This document shows positions 62,099 through 64,000 of a stretch of DNA of 64,000 nucleotides, piece after piece. A model generated the notes under the pieces. It saw only the letters and a list, made by a program, of their open reading frames with translations, had not been told where the DNA came from and searched no databases. The first letter of the stretch is position 1. Every line of letters begins with the position of its first letter. A program made the translations under genes and the position numbers. Source of the DNA: Glycera tridactyla (lineage: Eukaryota); NCBI GenBank assembly GCA_965644265.1, contig OZ286461.1, positions 86,738,001-86,802,000 on the forward strand, in the 5' to 3' direction.

Positions 62099-62445
62099 AA
62101 ACCTATGTAATTATTTTGCTTGATTACAAACTTCAAATACTGGGTCTTCCAAATATCTGAGAGCAGTCATTTTTGCACATGATATCCACAAGGGTATATT
62201 ACTTCTTAGAATATATGTTTTGAGTATGTCAGTTTGAAGATTCATGTGATTCCACATGAGTTTTCTCAAGCAATTTCAAGTACATGGTCATGTATCATCA
62301 CTACATTCTCTTGATGGTATACATGATGATATACATACCAGAGGTTTCAGTGACAAAATGTTTTAACAAAACAGAGAAGAAACTCAAGCCAAACAGCATG
62401 CATCTGGAATATTTCCACTGATTTGCTACAACTAAAAAGTACCTA

Positions 62446-62600
62446 CAATCGAACCTGCTTTAAAGACCACCTCTCTATAAAGACCACCTCTCTATAAAGA
62501 CCACCTGAGCTGTGACCATGGTAGTATTTTCAACAGTAAATGACCTCTCTATAAAGATCACCTGCCCATAAAGACCACTTTTTGATGCAACCGAAGTGGT
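62446..62600 (-). mobile_element. Tc1/mariner-type MITE, subfamily B
   Basis: ta|caatcgaacctgctttaaagaccacctctctataaagaccacc...; reverse-complement match to 19184-19365. Confidence 0.75.
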
Positions 62601-63565
62601 GTGATCAAACTAGATTTCTTCATGATGTTTCATTTCGATTGATTCCTCATCAATGTTCTCTGGCTATCTGGTGGTTGTCACGCTGAACTCGATCGAGTTT
62701 GCATCTTAATTCTCAATATGGATCCGTGGATTCTCAGTCAAGGTGCACTGGAGTGAATGTAATCAACAGGGCAACCAGGGTTCCCTCTATAGATTAGCAC
62801 TTTAACTATAGGTAATCAGCAAAGTCAAATGCTGAAGAAAGTTTCGATTTGCTAACATGAATTGCCAAAGCAATTTTCATTTATGATGCCACAAAAGTGA
62901 TGGTGGTCATTCATTCAAAATGAATAATTGATTTGGCATGAGAAGCCAACAATTCTTTATTCTGGTGAACTGATTCAATTAATTTTTTTTTGATCTCTAC
63001 AAAGTACTTTCTGAATTGCTAAAATTATTTCCATTTTGCTAAAATCATTCCATCCTAAAGGGAACCCAGGGAAGAGGTTCAGGCATCTGTGCAGGAAGAC
63101 AGCTGCATAGTTTCACGAAGGCAATGACAGAGATCCACATTTTCTGTGTTGATCCTTCTTTGGAAACTACTCAATTATTCCACACAATATTACATCAGAT
63201 CCAAAGCAGCTCTGTTCAGATAATGAATTGGGGATAATTGGCAGTTGGATTATATTTTCCAGTGATGCCCTGATGACAAATGTGAGTCAGTTCTGTTTAA
63301 TAGGCGTCAGTTTTGGTTGAGAAAGGTTGAACACAATTGATGAGAGTTGACATACAAGTGATAATTCTTCTCAGCTACCCAAGATTTCTTATTGTGCTAT
63401 ATTTAGTCATCAGATTGGATCTTCGCAGAATAATTGGCTTTGTTATTTATGGAGCTTAGGTGTCTGACCTATCTCAAGTCCTCTGCTGCGATAGCTCATT
63501 CCAGGTTTTCAATGATGTCTCTTAGTTTCAAGAAGCAGTGAGAGATCATCAGTCACCGTCAGCGT

Positions 63566-63568
<3 letters not shown>

Positions 63569-63642
<74 letters not shown>

Positions 63643-63799
63643 ACATGTGTGTGCGTGCGTATTGACGGAAATTAAATGGGCATTATGTCTGAATTGCAAC
63701 TCTGAGTGCAGTTTCATTGAGACAGCAAATTAATTCAATTTAATTATATCCACCACGAGAAGCGGTCTCAGAACGGGTCTGCCTGCCTGTGTGTGCATA

Positions 63800-63865
<66 letters not shown>
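63569..63865. repeat. Two (GT)n microsatellites (63569-63640 and ~63804-63865)
   Basis: Read directly. Confidence 0.97.
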
Positions 63866-63866
<1 letters not shown>

Positions 63867-64000
63867 ATGTGCATTTTCTTAGAATCAGATAAATGATTGT
63901 TTCGCATATTTCAATGTGTGTCTCATTGTTCAGGTTCATGGAGATCTTCGAAATTGGACCACAAATATTCAGGTTTTTTTTTCACAAATATTTATAGCAG

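Noticed and set aside
63934-63972. VHGDLR kinase-like catalytic motif after a cag acceptor
   Set aside because: Only 13 codons, a poor donor (CAG|GTTTTT) and no other kinase subdomain exon found; it cannot be evaluated at the window edge.

Overview
This is AT-rich eukaryotic (metazoan, most likely marine-invertebrate) genomic DNA that looks intronic or intergenic. It has five short assembly gaps and is densely filled with transposable elements and simple repeats. I found no prokaryotic features, CRISPR arrays, rRNA or complete tRNA genes, and no host protein-coding gene I can name. Best-supported elements: (i) a 2.6-kb hAT (hATm-like) DNA transposon with perfect 16-bp TIRs, an 8-bp TSD, a decayed DDE transposase and a tRNA-derived SINE nested in it (6251-8852); (ii) a young, 5'-truncated CR1/L2-group LINE with an uninterrupted RT C-terminal ORF (about 13925-15220, minus); (iii) a Helentron/DINE-1/pearl-like non-autonomous element carrying about 10 near-identical 157-bp satellite units (24416-26406); (iv) several CAG...CTG hAT-type MITEs with 5-bp or 6-bp TSDs; (v) an abundant TA-flanked Tc1/mariner-type MITE family, plus pogo-like and PIF/Harbinger-like MITEs; (vi) two tRNA-derived SINE families; (vii) Penelope-like GIY-YIG remnants and many old LINE fragments; (viii) a 9 x 55-bp minisatellite and many microsatellites. 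Almost all ORF-track entries are chance or repeat-derived. A few splice-compatible open frames are reported as low-confidence candidate exons. I see no firm evidence of a wholly new biological system. The strongest leads are a satellite with partial trimeric periodicity inside a rolling-circle element, hAT elements with 5-, 6- and 8-bp TSDs side by side, and a dense cluster of a 14-bp pseudo-palindromic motif at 50.3-53.4 kb.
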